From Candidatus Bathyarchaeia archaeon (GTDB lineage Archaea > Thermoproteota > Bathyarchaeia > Bathyarchaeales > Bathycorpusculaceae), in NCBI GenBank assembly GCA_038727135.1, contig JAVYWL010000001.1, forward strand, positions 756,021 through 820,020: a DNA stretch of 64,000 nucleotides, read 5' to 3'. A program made the translations under genes and the position numbers. Positions 20,105 through 29,395 of the stretch are shown here, in pieces. The number at the start of each line of letters is the position of its first letter. Positions within the stretch are counted from its first letter, which is position 1. The notes under the pieces are model-generated. The model was not told where the DNA came from. It ran no database searches and saw only the letters and a program-made list of their open reading frames with translations.

Positions 20105-22882
20105 TTGGAGAGATTTCCAGCAGAGGAGTATGCCCTTCCATTCTTTAAGGAGAAAGGCTATGTTAGGAAGCTTTGTCCAAAATGCGGCACATACTATTGG
20201 ACTCTTAACCCCGAGCAGGAAACTTGTGGGGAAGCCAGACCAGAAGGATGTGCCCACTACACTTTTATTGGAAATTCGCCGACGAAGAGAAGCTACGACC
20301 TGCGCGAGATGAGAGAATTCTTCCTATCCTTCTTTGAGAAGCGGGGACACACAAGGATAAAGCCTTACCCTGTTGTGGCGAGGTGGCGGGACGACATATA
20401 CTTGACACATGCAAGCATAATTGATTTTCAGCCCTATGTTACAGAGGGGATTGCTCCGCCTCCAGCGAACCCTCTTGTTGTAGCTCAGCCTTGCATTCGC
20501 CTTGTGGACATAGCTAACACCGGTCCAACCTTCGGCAAGTACGTCACAATTTTCGAGATGGGAGGGGAACACGCCTTCAACTACTCTGACAAGGAGGTTT
20601 ACTGGAAGGACGAAACGGTTCGTTATCATGACGAGTTCATCAAAGAGCTGGGCATAAGGCCGGAAGAGGTAATTTACAAGGAGGAGGTCTGGTCGGGCGG
20701 CGGGAATGCCGGTCCATGTTTAGAGTGTATAGTTCGCGGATTAGAGGTTGCCACACTTGTTTTTATGCAGTATAAGGTTGTCGGCGACAGGTTTATCAAG
20801 TTGCCCATACGAACCGTGGATGTTGGCTACGGGATAGACCGTTACGCTTGGCTTTCGCAAGGCTCCGTGAGCGCTTTTCACGCCATTTACGGCGAGTTAC
20901 TTGACAAGGTCTTCAAGATAGCCGGGATAAGCGCCGATTACGATTTGTTGGCAAGGGTTGCCAAGTTTTCAGCTGCAATAAGCCTTGACAAAACAGGCGG
21001 TAGGCTTGAAGCTAGAAGGAGAATAGCCGAGTTGGTGGGCGTTGACGCCGAAAGGCTGGATGAAATTTTGCTTCCAGTTGAAAACGCCTTTGCAGTTACA
21101 GACCACACGAAATGTCTAACTTTTATTCTTTCTGAAGGGGTTGTGCCCTCCAATATTCAGGAGGGTTATTTGGCTAGGCTTCTTTTCCGCAGAATCTACC
21201 GCCTATTAAGGATGTTGGGCATCACGGACAAGCTTTACGATCTTTTTGAACTGCAGATTGATTACTGGTCTTTGGACTATTCACATCTTAGGGAAATGCG
21301 CAACGAAATATTGGAGATTCTCGCTGTTGAGGAGGAAAAGTATAAGGAAACCATAGCTAGAGGCGAACGCCTTGTAAGGAGGCTTGCCGGAGAGCTTAAG
21401 GCTAAAGGTGTTGGGTGTGTTCCAGTTGAAACCATGACTGAGCTTTATGATTCGCATGGTGTTCCGCCCGAAATCGTTAAGGAAATAGCCGAAACTGAGG
21501 GTTTGGAGGCAACTGTTCCGGAAAATTTCTATGCTTTGATTGCTGAGAGGCACATGCAATCCCAGAAGCTGACTAAAGAGGAGGCTAAAACTGAAAAGTG
21601 GCTTGAGGATGAGGTGGCTGGTCTTCCAGAGACGGAGGCGCTTTATTATGAGGACCAGTACTTGCGGGAGTTTGAGGCAAAAGTCTTGAAGGTTATTGGC
21701 GGTGGCGAATACGTCGTTTTGGATAAAACGTGTTTCTATCCGGAGGGTGGCGGGCAACCGTCAGACACTGGTTGGCTATTTTTTGAAGACGGGAAAGCCG
21801 AAGTTTTAGATGTGCAGAAGGTTGGCAAGGTTATTGTCCACAAAATTGGTGGTAAAAAGGCTCCAGTGGAAGGCGCCACTGTTAAGGGGGTTATCGACTG
21901 GGATAAGCGCTACGCCCTAATGAAGGCGCACACAGCCACCCACATTGTTAATGGCGCGGCGCGGCGTGTTTTGGGGCAACATGTCTGGCAGTTTGGCACA
22001 CAAAAGGGCGTTGAAAGTTCAAGGCTCGACATATCCCACTACCGCAGATTAACACGGGAAGAGGTGCAGAAAATAGAGGCTTTAGCCAACGAGGCTGTTT
22101 TCAGAAACATACCAGTTGAAACCATGTGGCTTCCAAGGTCGGAAGCTGAAAGCCAATACGGCTTTAGGCTTTACCAAGGTGGGGCCGTCCCGGGAAAAGA
22201 AATCCGCATTGTGAAGGTTGGAGACTGGGAGGTTGAAGCTTGCGCCGGAACCCACGTTCAGAATACTGGCGAGATAGGCTTCATAAAAATAACCCATTCG
22301 GAGAGGATTCAAGACGGTGTTGAAAGGCTTGTTTATGCTGTTGGAATCCAAGCCTTAAAGGCTGTGCAGAGGAATGAGGAACTCCTCTGGCGGGTTTCAG
22401 AAATCCTCAACGCACCACTGGAAAAATTGGACAAAACAGCCGAAAAACTCGTTAAAGAACTGAAAGAAGTAAAGGCAGAGAGAAAAAAGCTTGTTGAGAA
22501 ACTGGCTAAAAAGGCTGAGCCAAGCCTTGAGGTTGTCCGGGAAATAGGCGAAGTTAGGCTCGTGACACGCGATTTTAAGGACGAGATAGACGTTGATGTT
22601 ATGGTTCAAACAGCAAACGAAATAATAAGGAAGGATGACTCGGCAGTTGCCGTGTTTTATGGCTCCGATGGCAAAACAGCCAGAATAATGGTTATGGCTG
22701 GGAAGAAGGCTGTTGAAAAAGGCGTTAACGCAGCCGAAATTGTCCAAGAAACCTCGGCAATAATCGGCGGCGGAGGCGGTGGAAGAACAAACTTTGCACA
22801 GGGTGGAGGCACAAAACCAGAGAGACTGAAAGAGGCTCTAGAAAGGGTTGAGGAAATTTTGAGGAGGCAGATTGGCGCATAA
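20105..22882 (+). CDS. alaS: Alanyl-tRNA synthetase (archaeal type)
   Basis: YPVVARWRDD, QPCIR, WSGGGNAGP, FYPEGGGQPSD, editing HTATH and CAGTH, GGGGGR C-Ala domain. Confidence 0.96.
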   Translation: MERFPAEEYALPFFKEKGYVRKLCPKCGTYYWTLNPEQETCGEARPEGCAHYTFIGNSPTKRSYDLREMREFFLSFFEKRGHTRIKPYPVVARWRDDIYLTHASIIDFQPYVTEGIAPPPANPLVVAQPCIRLVDIANTGPTFGKYVTIFEMGGEHAFNYSDKEVYWKDETVRYHDEFIKELGIRPEEVIYKEEVWSGGGNAGPCLECIVRGLEVATLVFMQYKVVGDRFIKLPIRTVDVGYGIDRYAWLSQGSVSAFHAIYGELLDKVFKIAGISADYDLLARVAKFSAAISLDKTGGRLEARRRIAELVGVDAERLDEILLPVENAFAVTDHTKCLTFILSEGVVPSNIQEGYLARLLFRRIYRLLRMLGITDKLYDLFELQIDYWSLDYSHLREMRNEILEILAVEEEKYKETIARGERLVRRLAGELKAKGVGCVPVETMTELYDSHGVPPEIVKEIAETEGLEATVPENFYALIAERHMQSQKLTKEEAKTEKWLEDEVAGLPETEALYYEDQYLREFEAKVLKVIGGGEYVVLDKTCFYPEGGGQPSDTGWLFFEDGKAEVLDVQKVGKVIVHKIGGKKAPVEGATVKGVIDWDKRYALMKAHTATHIVNGAARRVLGQHVWQFGTQKGVESSRLDISHYRRLTREEVQKIEALANEAVFRNIPVETMWLPRSEAESQYGFRLYQGGAVPGKEIRIVKVGDWEVEACAGTHVQNTGEIGFIKITHSERIQDGVERLVYAVGIQALKAVQRNEELLWRVSEILNAPLEKLDKTAEKLVKELKEVKAERKKLVEKLAKKAEPSLEVVREIGEVRLVTRDFKDEIDVDVMVQTANEIIRKDDSAVAVFYGSDGKTARIMVMAGKKAVEKGVNAAEIVQETSAIIGGGGGGRTNFAQGGGTKPERLKEALERVEEILRRQIGA

Positions 22883-22965
22883 TTCTCGGTTTTTGTTCTA
22901 GAAAAAGCCTCTAAAAGAAAACTTCAGAAGGCATTTAAACAATTTCTGCAAAACTATTAAGTACG

Positions 22966-23196
22966 CTGGAGGACACGTTCACGGATAAGTCTATTGCAGA
23001 AATTCTTGAACTGCTTGAGGATGGCGAATGGCGTCTTTTAGATGATATACAACGCAAAACAAATCTTAGTCGTCGAGACATTAAAAAGGCAATAGAATTT
23101 CTCGCCAAGTATAATTTTGTGGTTGTTGATGAAAGCGGCGAAAAGGTGAGGCTTAGCGATGTTTATCTCAAAACTTTACTTCATAAGCCCCAGTAA
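22966..23196 (+). CDS. Small winged-HTH protein missed by the ORF track; non-canonical start (CTG 22966 or ACG 22981)
   Basis: Open frame reading ..SIAEILELLEDGEWRLLDDIQRKTNLSRRDIKKAIEFLAKYNFVVVDESGEKVRLS..; GGAGGA at 22968-22973. Confidence 0.55.
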   Translation: MEDTFTDKSIAEILELLEDGEWRLLDDIQRKTNLSRRDIKKAIEFLAKYNFVVVDESGEKVRLSDVYLKTLLHKPQ

Positions 23197-23463
23197 TCCC
23201 TTGTAGGTTTCTAGGAAGCGTTCGCCCTTCTCCGTAATCCTAAAAAGGCTTGTGTTGTTGCTGTTGTCCTCTATGGCTTTTAGGAGTCCCCTTTTTAGGA
23301 GAAGGTTCAAATAGTTTTCCAGTTGCCTGAAGCTTAAATTGCAGCGGTACATGAGGCATGTTTTCCTTGTTTTCCCTTTTGAGGCTTCTAGGATGTCTGC
23401 GATTATGTCTAGGCTTCCTCGATGTTTGTTGCTGCGCTTCTTGTTATTTGTTTGCAGGTTCAA
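23176..23463 (-). CDS. Winged-HTH transcriptional regulator
   Basis: RGSLDIIADIL, KTCLMYRCNLSFRQLENYL, FRITEKGERFL pattern. Confidence 0.85.
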   Translation of the reverse strand: MNLQTNNKKRSNKHRGSLDIIADILEASKGKTRKTCLMYRCNLSFRQLENYLNLLLKRGLLKAIEDNSNNTSLFRITEKGERFLETYKGLLGLMK

Positions 23464-23591
23464 TATGTTGCCTCCTTTAGGGAGGCTTAAAAGGTTCCCT
23501 TCTCCCGGTAGAATAATTCACAGAGGCAAATTTAAGTGTTCTGAAAAGAAGAAGCGTGTTGGAAAATGAGGGATTCTGTCCCTAAGCCCCT

Positions 23592-24005
23592 TTAAAATTG
23601 GAGTTTTTTGAGGGGTTTTTCTACGTCGGCATTTTTCTCGAGAAATATGCTGATTCTGTTTTCGCCTATTGTCAGGGAGAGGATTTTGACGTCTCTTCCT
23701 TCCACGAGGATGTTGTTGAAGTCGCCTAGGCTGAAAAGCTCTGATAGTTCTTCTGCCGCGTCCAGTGCCGATGAGGATAGGATGGCGTATTCTATTAGTT
23801 TTGTTGGGTCTTTGAGGTCTATTGCGGCTGATGTGGCGTTTCGCAGTATATACCCTATAACGCCTTCGTAGCTCTTAATCTCTTCTAGGCGGGTTTTTAG
23901 GTCTTCTGTTGTTGATGTTTCTATGGCTATTGGTGGGGCTAGCGCTTCTGTTGTTGCGGTTTCTTCTAGGCTTTTCTTTCTCTTTGTCATAACCTTTGCC
24001 TCCAC
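23592..24005 (-). CDS. Roadblock/LC7-like domain protein
   Basis: LEEIKSYEGVIGYIL...LGDFNNILVEG...ISIFLEKNAD alpha-beta-beta-alpha-beta-beta-beta-alpha pattern. Confidence 0.7.
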   Translation of the reverse strand: MEAKVMTKRKKSLEETATTEALAPPIAIETSTTEDLKTRLEEIKSYEGVIGYILRNATSAAIDLKDPTKLIEYAILSSSALDAAEELSELFSLGDFNNILVEGRDVKILSLTIGENRISIFLEKNADVEKPLKKLQF

Positions 24006-24007
24006 TT

Positions 24008-24847
24008 TTATTCTATTATGGGCTTAACCCTGACGAGTTCGCCCTTCTTTATCTCTAGGGTTAACTGCATTTTTTCTGGGATTTGCACAATTCCCTTGCC
24101 AAGATATTTCGAGTCTTTTATGGGCTTAACTTTACATTTTGTTGTTTTTCCATCGAAGGTTTCTATCTCAACATATTCAACCTTTTTGCCCTCGAACATG
24201 TTTTCCCATTGGGTTAGGGTTTCGTTGTCTATGCGCACAGTGTCTGATGGCACCAACAAGCCTCCAATGTTTTCCACTATGAGCTGTGTGGCTGACACTT
24301 CGAAGGATGGCACTTCTGTTTTAACTTCCTCTTCTTCCTCTTCTTTCGTTTTCTCTATAATTGGTTCTTCGGCAACCTCCTCTGGGGGTTCGCCGATTTT
24401 TGGGGTTTCTGGTTCGCTTATGGCTGGTGGTGTTGGTATTGCCGTCTTCTGTGGGGGTATGTTTTTGAGGGGGGTAGGGCTGATTTTCTCTAGCAGCTTA
24501 AGAACTGTTGGGATCAGGACGCGGGTTAAAGTGTTTATGTAGTTTAGGTCTGCCTTTGCAGACGTAACCATGACTAAGTGATTTTCGCCGAAACTGTGGA
24601 GGGTTACCGTGCCGCCGCCACATTTTAGGGTTACCGCCTCAACTCCTCCTATGGCTTCAGCCCTGCTAAAAATGCCGTTGAAGGCGTCTAAAACTCGAAC
24701 AATGACCTTTTGTGGAGTTTCCGCGTCTCCAGCGATTATTTCGCCTGTCCCTTTGAAGATGAAGGCGTGCTGTATTTCTGGGCAAGCGTTTCGCATCTCG
24801 TTTAAGGCATTTTGTAGCGCAATCGCATAGACATCATTTTCCATCAT
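24008..24847 (-). CDS. Roadblock/LC7-like N-domain + Pro/Glu linker + C-terminal beta-barrel-like domain
   Basis: ALNEMRNACPEIQHAFIFKGTGEII...LVMVTSAKADLN; C-terminal GIVQIPEKMQLTLEIKKGELVRVKP. Confidence 0.65.
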   Translation of the reverse strand: MMENDVYAIALQNALNEMRNACPEIQHAFIFKGTGEIIAGDAETPQKVIVRVLDAFNGIFSRAEAIGGVEAVTLKCGGGTVTLHSFGENHLVMVTSAKADLNYINTLTRVLIPTVLKLLEKISPTPLKNIPPQKTAIPTPPAISEPETPKIGEPPEEVAEEPIIEKTKEEEEEEVKTEVPSFEVSATQLIVENIGGLLVPSDTVRIDNETLTQWENMFEGKKVEYVEIETFDGKTTKCKVKPIKDSKYLGKGIVQIPEKMQLTLEIKKGELVRVKPIIE

Positions 24848-24878
24848 GTTTTCACCACTTTGAAAGGAAGCTTTTGAC

Positions 24879-25304
24879 TTATGTTATTTTGAATAGAATG
24901 CGCTCTGGAACGCCGTCGTTTTCCACAACAATATATTTTAAGCCTTCAGTGTCACCCAGCTGGTCAAGCCACTTCAAGGCTTCTCTTGCCTTCTGCAACA
25001 CTAGAAGCCTCTCCTGATAACTGCGCACAACCTGCTCTATGGCTGTCAGCTCGTGGAATGGGTTGGCATCCAAAACAATGCTTAGGCTGCCAACCGTGAT
25101 TTCGCCGAGGCTTTCGGCAGCCGCCTTCTTCCCAGCCAACTTCATAACCACCTCTCGGATTTTTTTAGACTTTTCAGCCAAAGCCCTAATCTCGTCTAGG
25201 CGGCGCAGGTACTCGCCCAAGGTGCTCTTAGTTTCGGCGATCTGCTTCTCCAGGGTTTCGGCTATGTCTTCAGCCGAAGCATACTCCTTTATTTCAACCA
25301 CCAT
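24879..25304 (-). CDS. Hypothetical coiled-coil protein
   Basis: 141-aa ORF with GGAGGTG SD; helix-hairpin-helix pattern. Confidence 0.7.
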   Translation of the reverse strand: MVVEIKEYASAEDIAETLEKQIAETKSTLGEYLRRLDEIRALAEKSKKIREVVMKLAGKKAAAESLGEITVGSLSIVLDANPFHELTAIEQVVRSYQERLLVLQKAREALKWLDQLGDTEGLKYIVVENDGVPERILFKIT

Positions 25305-25396
25305 ACGATTTTACACCTCCAACATGGGAACAATAGAATAGAGGGGAAATTTTCGGAGTGGCTAACGCCCTACCCCCAATCCCAACATGAAGAAAT

Positions 25397-25852
25397 CTAA
25401 GGTGACGGCGCTGGTTTTATGTACGGGCCGACAACGACGCCCTTTGCTGTTAGGAGTGTAAACTCATAGTTAACCCCAGATCTGAATGGCCAGGTTGTGA
25501 ATGTTATTGTAAAAGTCACGCTGTCCCCTTTTTCAAGATCGTAAGGTAAAGTTTTATCCAAGAGCCCGTTGCCAGTGCTATTGAAGTTCTTATAGGTTAT
25601 ACCATCTATTCTAATATCAGTTATTGTTGAAGTAGTAGATCCTATGTTCACAACGTCTATGTAGACTTTCTTTACTGTAGCTGTATATTCATATCTGACA
25701 TCTGTGATTTGTAGTTTTTCCGTTTGCATTTGTCCTGTTGTTAGGGAGCCCATCCATACGGCTACTGCTAGGCTGACGGCGACTGTTACTGCTATGAGGA
25801 TGATGGATGCTACTACGGGGCTTAGGGCTTTAACGTTCTTCAGTATTTTCAT
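25397..25852 (-). CDS. Archaeal type IV pilin/archaellin-like protein
   Basis: Class III signal peptide KNVKA|LSPVVASIILIAVTVAVSLAVAVW; C-terminal Ig-like beta domain (VVNIG). Confidence 0.88.
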   Translation of the reverse strand: MKILKNVKALSPVVASIILIAVTVAVSLAVAVWMGSLTTGQMQTEKLQITDVRYEYTATVKKVYIDVVNIGSTTSTITDIRIDGITYKNFNSTGNGLLDKTLPYDLEKGDSVTFTITFTTWPFRSGVNYEFTLLTAKGVVVGPYIKPAPSP

Positions 25853-26032
25853 TTTCTTTTTAATCCCTCCCTTTTTGTTGTCGTGTATGTTAGGGGAAGC
25901 TTAGAATTTAAATCTTACGACTTAATACACCATATTATCCATTTGTAAAACAAAACAACAAAACCACGCCACAAAACCATAAAGGGGACTAGACACTATT
26001 GGCACACTCACAACCAAAACAACAATAAAAAT

Positions 26033-26080
26033 CCTAGAGGGGGTATCCAATTTAACAACATCTGCGCTCCTAAAATTGAC
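26033..26080. repeat. Dispersed 48-bp intergenic motif, copy 2
   Basis: cctagagggggtatccaatttaacaacatctgcgctcctaaaattgac. Confidence 0.7.
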
Positions 26081-26146
26081 TTGCACCGTGACAAAACCTA
26101 GAGAGAGAGGGGATAAAGAAAATGGCGCCAGAAAATTATCCAAATT

Positions 26147-26195
26147 CTAGAGGGGGCTACCAATTTTGCAGTTTCCCGCTAGCAACAAAATTGAC
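26147..26195. repeat. Dispersed intergenic motif, degenerate copy 3
   Basis: ctagagggggctaccaattttg...caaaattgac. Confidence 0.55.
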
Positions 26196-26267
26196 ATTTA
26201 AATAACTACAAATCGAAAATTACCAGAGACCTTACCCGCTCTTTAAACAAATCAAAAGAGGAGAAGC

Positions 26268-26603
26268 CTAAACGCCAAGCTCATCAAAGAACTTCAGCAG
26301 AAGCCTCGCCACCTTATCGCCAAACTCTGTCTTCTCATACTTCCTCTTTAACGGATCTAACCGCTCGCTCTTCGCCAAGCCCAAATCCTCAATCTCCATC
26401 ATCCTAGCCCTAAAAGTGCCATCACTAAGCGTCAAGCCATTAGCCCTCATAAACTCCTTGGCTTCCTTCCACTTCCCCCGCCCCAAATACAATAGGAAAA
26501 TACAGTCAATGGCATGGTCCTTCTCCAACATAGCCTTAATAGCCGAAAGCCTAGGATCCGTCAATATACGCCTAATCTTCTCCTCTTCCCCACTCCTACT
26601 CAT
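26268..26603 (-). CDS. Winged-HTH protein
   Basis: LSDGTFRARMMEIEDLGLAK recognition helix; YEKTEFGDKVA wing end. Confidence 0.7.
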   Translation of the reverse strand: MSRSGEEEKIRRILTDPRLSAIKAMLEKDHAIDCIFLLYLGRGKWKEAKEFMRANGLTLSDGTFRARMMEIEDLGLAKSERLDPLKRKYEKTEFGDKVARLLLKFFDELGV

Positions 26604-26702
26604 TCAAACCAACCATCCGCTCACGCTTTCTGTTATAGGCTATTCTGCTTAAAAGATTTAACCTATATTACGATTTATGATTTATTACGCAAATCACTAT
26701 TT

Positions 26703-27044
26703 TCACGAAGAAATATGCGCAATAAAATTTTCCGGAGTGTATTGCAGTATGCCCCTTGCTTGGTAGGCAAAGCCCCTAGCCACAAGAACCTTCAATATTT
26801 TCTGCGGACATAAGCGCTGCTTTATCAATAGTTCCAACGCATGGGTATAGTTGCGGTTAAGCTCCCTAACAGCCAAAACCTGTTGTTTTCTAGATAAAGC
26901 GTAATCCTTGCATTCCACAAGATAAGCCAAACTCATGTCAGGCTTAACAGCCAAAACATCGCAGTGATTCTGCCTCGTAAAGACTATGAAGCCCCTCTTT
27001 CGGAAGGCTTCAGAAACGGTGTCTTCAAGCAATGTGCCGCTCAT
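26703..27044 (-). CDS. Small PD-(D/E)xK nuclease-fold protein
   Basis: E in helix 1 (LLEDTV), CDVLAV, LVECK catalytic pattern. Confidence 0.7.
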   Translation of the reverse strand: MSGTLLEDTVSEAFRKRGFIVFTRQNHCDVLAVKPDMSLAYLVECKDYALSRKQQVLAVRELNRNYTHALELLIKQRLCPQKILKVLVARGFAYQARGILQYTPENFIAHISS

Positions 27045-27169
27045 TTCCAGCCCATGTTTAAAATGTCCTCCAAACGCATTGTTAAGTGTTTTTCGGTTTC
27101 ATTTGACTAGGAAAGTTTAAATAAAATATGATTAACTTCTAGTTTGCAAACAGGGAACGGATGCATAGA

Positions 27170-27655
27170 ATGTCAAGCCAAACAGCCAGAGAGTTCCGTC
27201 ACATACTAAGGATAACGGACACGGATATAGACGGCTCTCTGAAGGCGTCCTACGCCCTAAGAAAGATTAAGGGCATAAGCCTAAACCTAGCCAACGCCAT
27301 CCTCAAAAAGGCTGGAATAGACCCAAACATAAGGGCTGGCTTCTTAACAGAGGCGGAAGTTGAAAAAATAGAGGAAATAATCAAAGAACCAACAAAATTT
27401 GGGCTACCAGGCTGGCTCTTAAACAGGCGGAAGGATTTAGAAACCGGAAAGGACATGCACCTAATAAGCGCAGACCTAATCCTAAGAACAAAAATGGATA
27501 TCGAAAAAATGAAAGAGCTGAAGTCTTGGCGGGGATACAGACACGCCTATGGATTAAAAGTTAGAGGACAAAGAACACGGACAACAGGGAGGACGGGCAA
27601 AGCCGTTGGAGTCAAAAAGAAGGCTGCCGCGAAACCTGGAGGCGGTGGCAAGTAA
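27170..27655 (+). CDS. rps13: 30S ribosomal protein S13
   Basis: IKGIS, WLLNRRKD, SWRGYRH, VRGQRTRTTGR. Confidence 0.97.
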   Translation: MSSQTAREFRHILRITDTDIDGSLKASYALRKIKGISLNLANAILKKAGIDPNIRAGFLTEAEVEKIEEIIKEPTKFGLPGWLLNRRKDLETGKDMHLISADLILRTKMDIEKMKELKSWRGYRHAYGLKVRGQRTRTTGRTGKAVGVKKKAAAKPGGGGK

Positions 27656-27657
27656 CC

Positions 27658-28230
27658 ATGGGAGACCCTAAAAAACAGAAAAAGAAGTATGAAACACCGC
27701 GTTTTCCATGGCGGACAGACGTCCTCCAAGAAGAGCTTAAACTCTTGGGACAGTATGGCTTACGGAACAAACGCGAATTGTGGCGCCACAAAACCATGCT
27801 TTCAAAATTTAGGGGCATAGCTCGCTCTCTTATAGGGAAGGCTCCGGAAGAAAGGAGAAAAATGGAGGAAGAACTCCTATCACGCTTAAAGAAGCTTGGA
27901 ATAATCCATGAAACAGCAGTTTTAGACGATGTTTTAGACTTAACAGTTGAGGACATACTCGAAAGGCGTCTCCAAACAATAGTCTTCAGAAAGGGACTAG
28001 CCAAATCAATTTATCAAGCTAGGCAGCTAATAACTCACGGACATATAGCGATAGGCGACCAACGCGTGACAGTGCCAAGCTACCTAGTGACGAGAGAAGA
28101 AGAGGCTAAAATTGCCTACGCACCGGACAGCCCCCTAGCAAACCCAAGCCACCCAATACGCCAAATGATAGCCGTTGCAGCCACGACACAGGCTGGAAAG
28201 AAAGCTGGAAAAGAGAGGGGTGAAGAATAA
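27658..28230 (+). CDS. rps4: 30S ribosomal protein S4
   Basis: [33 protein letters not shown]. Confidence 0.97.
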   Translation: MGDPKKQKKKYETPRFPWRTDVLQEELKLLGQYGLRNKRELWRHKTMLSKFRGIARSLIGKAPEERRKMEEELLSRLKKLGIIHETAVLDDVLDLTVEDILERRLQTIVFRKGLAKSIYQARQLITHGHIAIGDQRVTVPSYLVTREEEAKIAYAPDSPLANPSHPIRQMIAVAATTQAGKKAGKERGEE

Positions 28231-28231
28231 A

Positions 28232-28675
28232 ATGAGCAGCGGCAGTAGCGGAGGCACAAGCACAATCGGAACAACAACCGCAACGAAAAAAACTGAAAAG
28301 TGGGGCGTAGTCCACATATACAGCTCATACAACAACACAATAGTCCACATAACAGACCTTTCAGGAGCAGAAACCATAGCCAGAACATCAGGCGGCATGT
28401 TCGTAAAAGCCGACAGGCTTGAGTCGTCGCCATACGCCGCCATGAGAGCAGCCTCAGCAGCAGCAGAAATAGCCAAAGACAAGGGAATAACAGCCATCCA
28501 CATAAAAGTGCGGGCGCCAGGCGGACCAGGACCAAGAACGCCTGGACCGGGCGCACAAGCAGCCATAAGAGCCCTAGCCAGAGCAGGATTCCGCATAGGC
28601 AGGATAGAAGAGGTCACTCCTATACCGCATGATGGCACACGGAGACCTGGCGGAAGAAGGGGAAGAAGAGTCTAG
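28232..28675 (+). CDS. rps11: 30S ribosomal protein S11
   Basis: [39 protein letters not shown]. Confidence 0.97.
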   Translation: MSSGSSGGTSTIGTTTATKKTEKWGVVHIYSSYNNTIVHITDLSGAETIARTSGGMFVKADRLESSPYAAMRAASAAAEIAKDKGITAIHIKVRAPGGPGPRTPGPGAQAAIRALARAGFRIGRIEEVTPIPHDGTRRPGGRRGRRV

Positions 28676-28759
28676 CAGTTTCTAAATCTAGTCGCTTCGC
28701 CGATTGTTGAAAATAACGCTTTTTATAGTTCAAAATCAAGATTAAAGGCTGGTGGAAAG

Positions 28760-29275
28760 TTGGGTTATTTAGCTGTCTGGAAAGTTTTAGAAGAAATGAT
28801 TACAGACTTAAAGAAAAAAGGCACACTGGTTCCAGCGGACATCCTTAACGATTTACGTAACGCGAGAACTCTAATCAATGTTTTGAAGGCTGACCCCACA
28901 CGCCTTGAAACAAGCCAAAAAATTGAGGAATACCTAAACAATGTTGAGGCTTACCTCATTTCAGAGGGACAAAGATTCGGAGACAAATACATTGAAGGAT
29001 GGGTTAAAAGACTGGAGGAAGCAAGCAGAAAAGTTTTCGATGAGGAGGAAGAGGAAACCCGCTTTGTCCCCGGACTGCCAAGAGACCAACGTTGGATACG
29101 CATTAAGCCCTCCGAAGAAATGCCCATAGAGACTTTAAAGGCTTTGGCTGGTGAATTAAACCTTTCATTTGAAGTGCAAAGTGACGGCTTCCTACTTGTC
29201 TACGGCGAAGACAAGCGCCTCAAAGATTTTGTCAAGAAAATGGCTACAAAATATGGTTTTAAACCCGAAAAGTAG
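28760..29275 (+). CDS. Hypothetical protein (DUF2096-like)
   Basis: WKVLEEMITDLKKKG N-terminus and FVPGLPRDQRWIRI resemble archaeal DUF2096, from recall. Confidence 0.6.
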   Translation: MGYLAVWKVLEEMITDLKKKGTLVPADILNDLRNARTLINVLKADPTRLETSQKIEEYLNNVEAYLISEGQRFGDKYIEGWVKRLEEASRKVFDEEEEETRFVPGLPRDQRWIRIKPSEEMPIETLKALAGELNLSFEVQSDGFLLVYGEDKRLKDFVKKMATKYGFKPEK

Positions 29276-29395
29276 CGTTAAAAAGTGCATAACCGTTAAA
29301 ACGTGAAGGATGCAACACTTTTATAGCGAAACAGCACAGAAATCACACTAAAACGGGATGTTCACGGTTTCATCTAGGGGTGAGGGCCCAGCTTA

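Noticed and set aside
25940-26030. A/C-rich low-complexity tract resembling the element TIR composition
   Set aside because: No alignable identity to the TIR and no partner inverted repeat or TSD
26033-26195. Replication origin (ORB elements with G-string)
   Set aside because: The motif lacks the TTCCAGTGGAAAC ORB core and no cdc6/orc1 gene is adjacent
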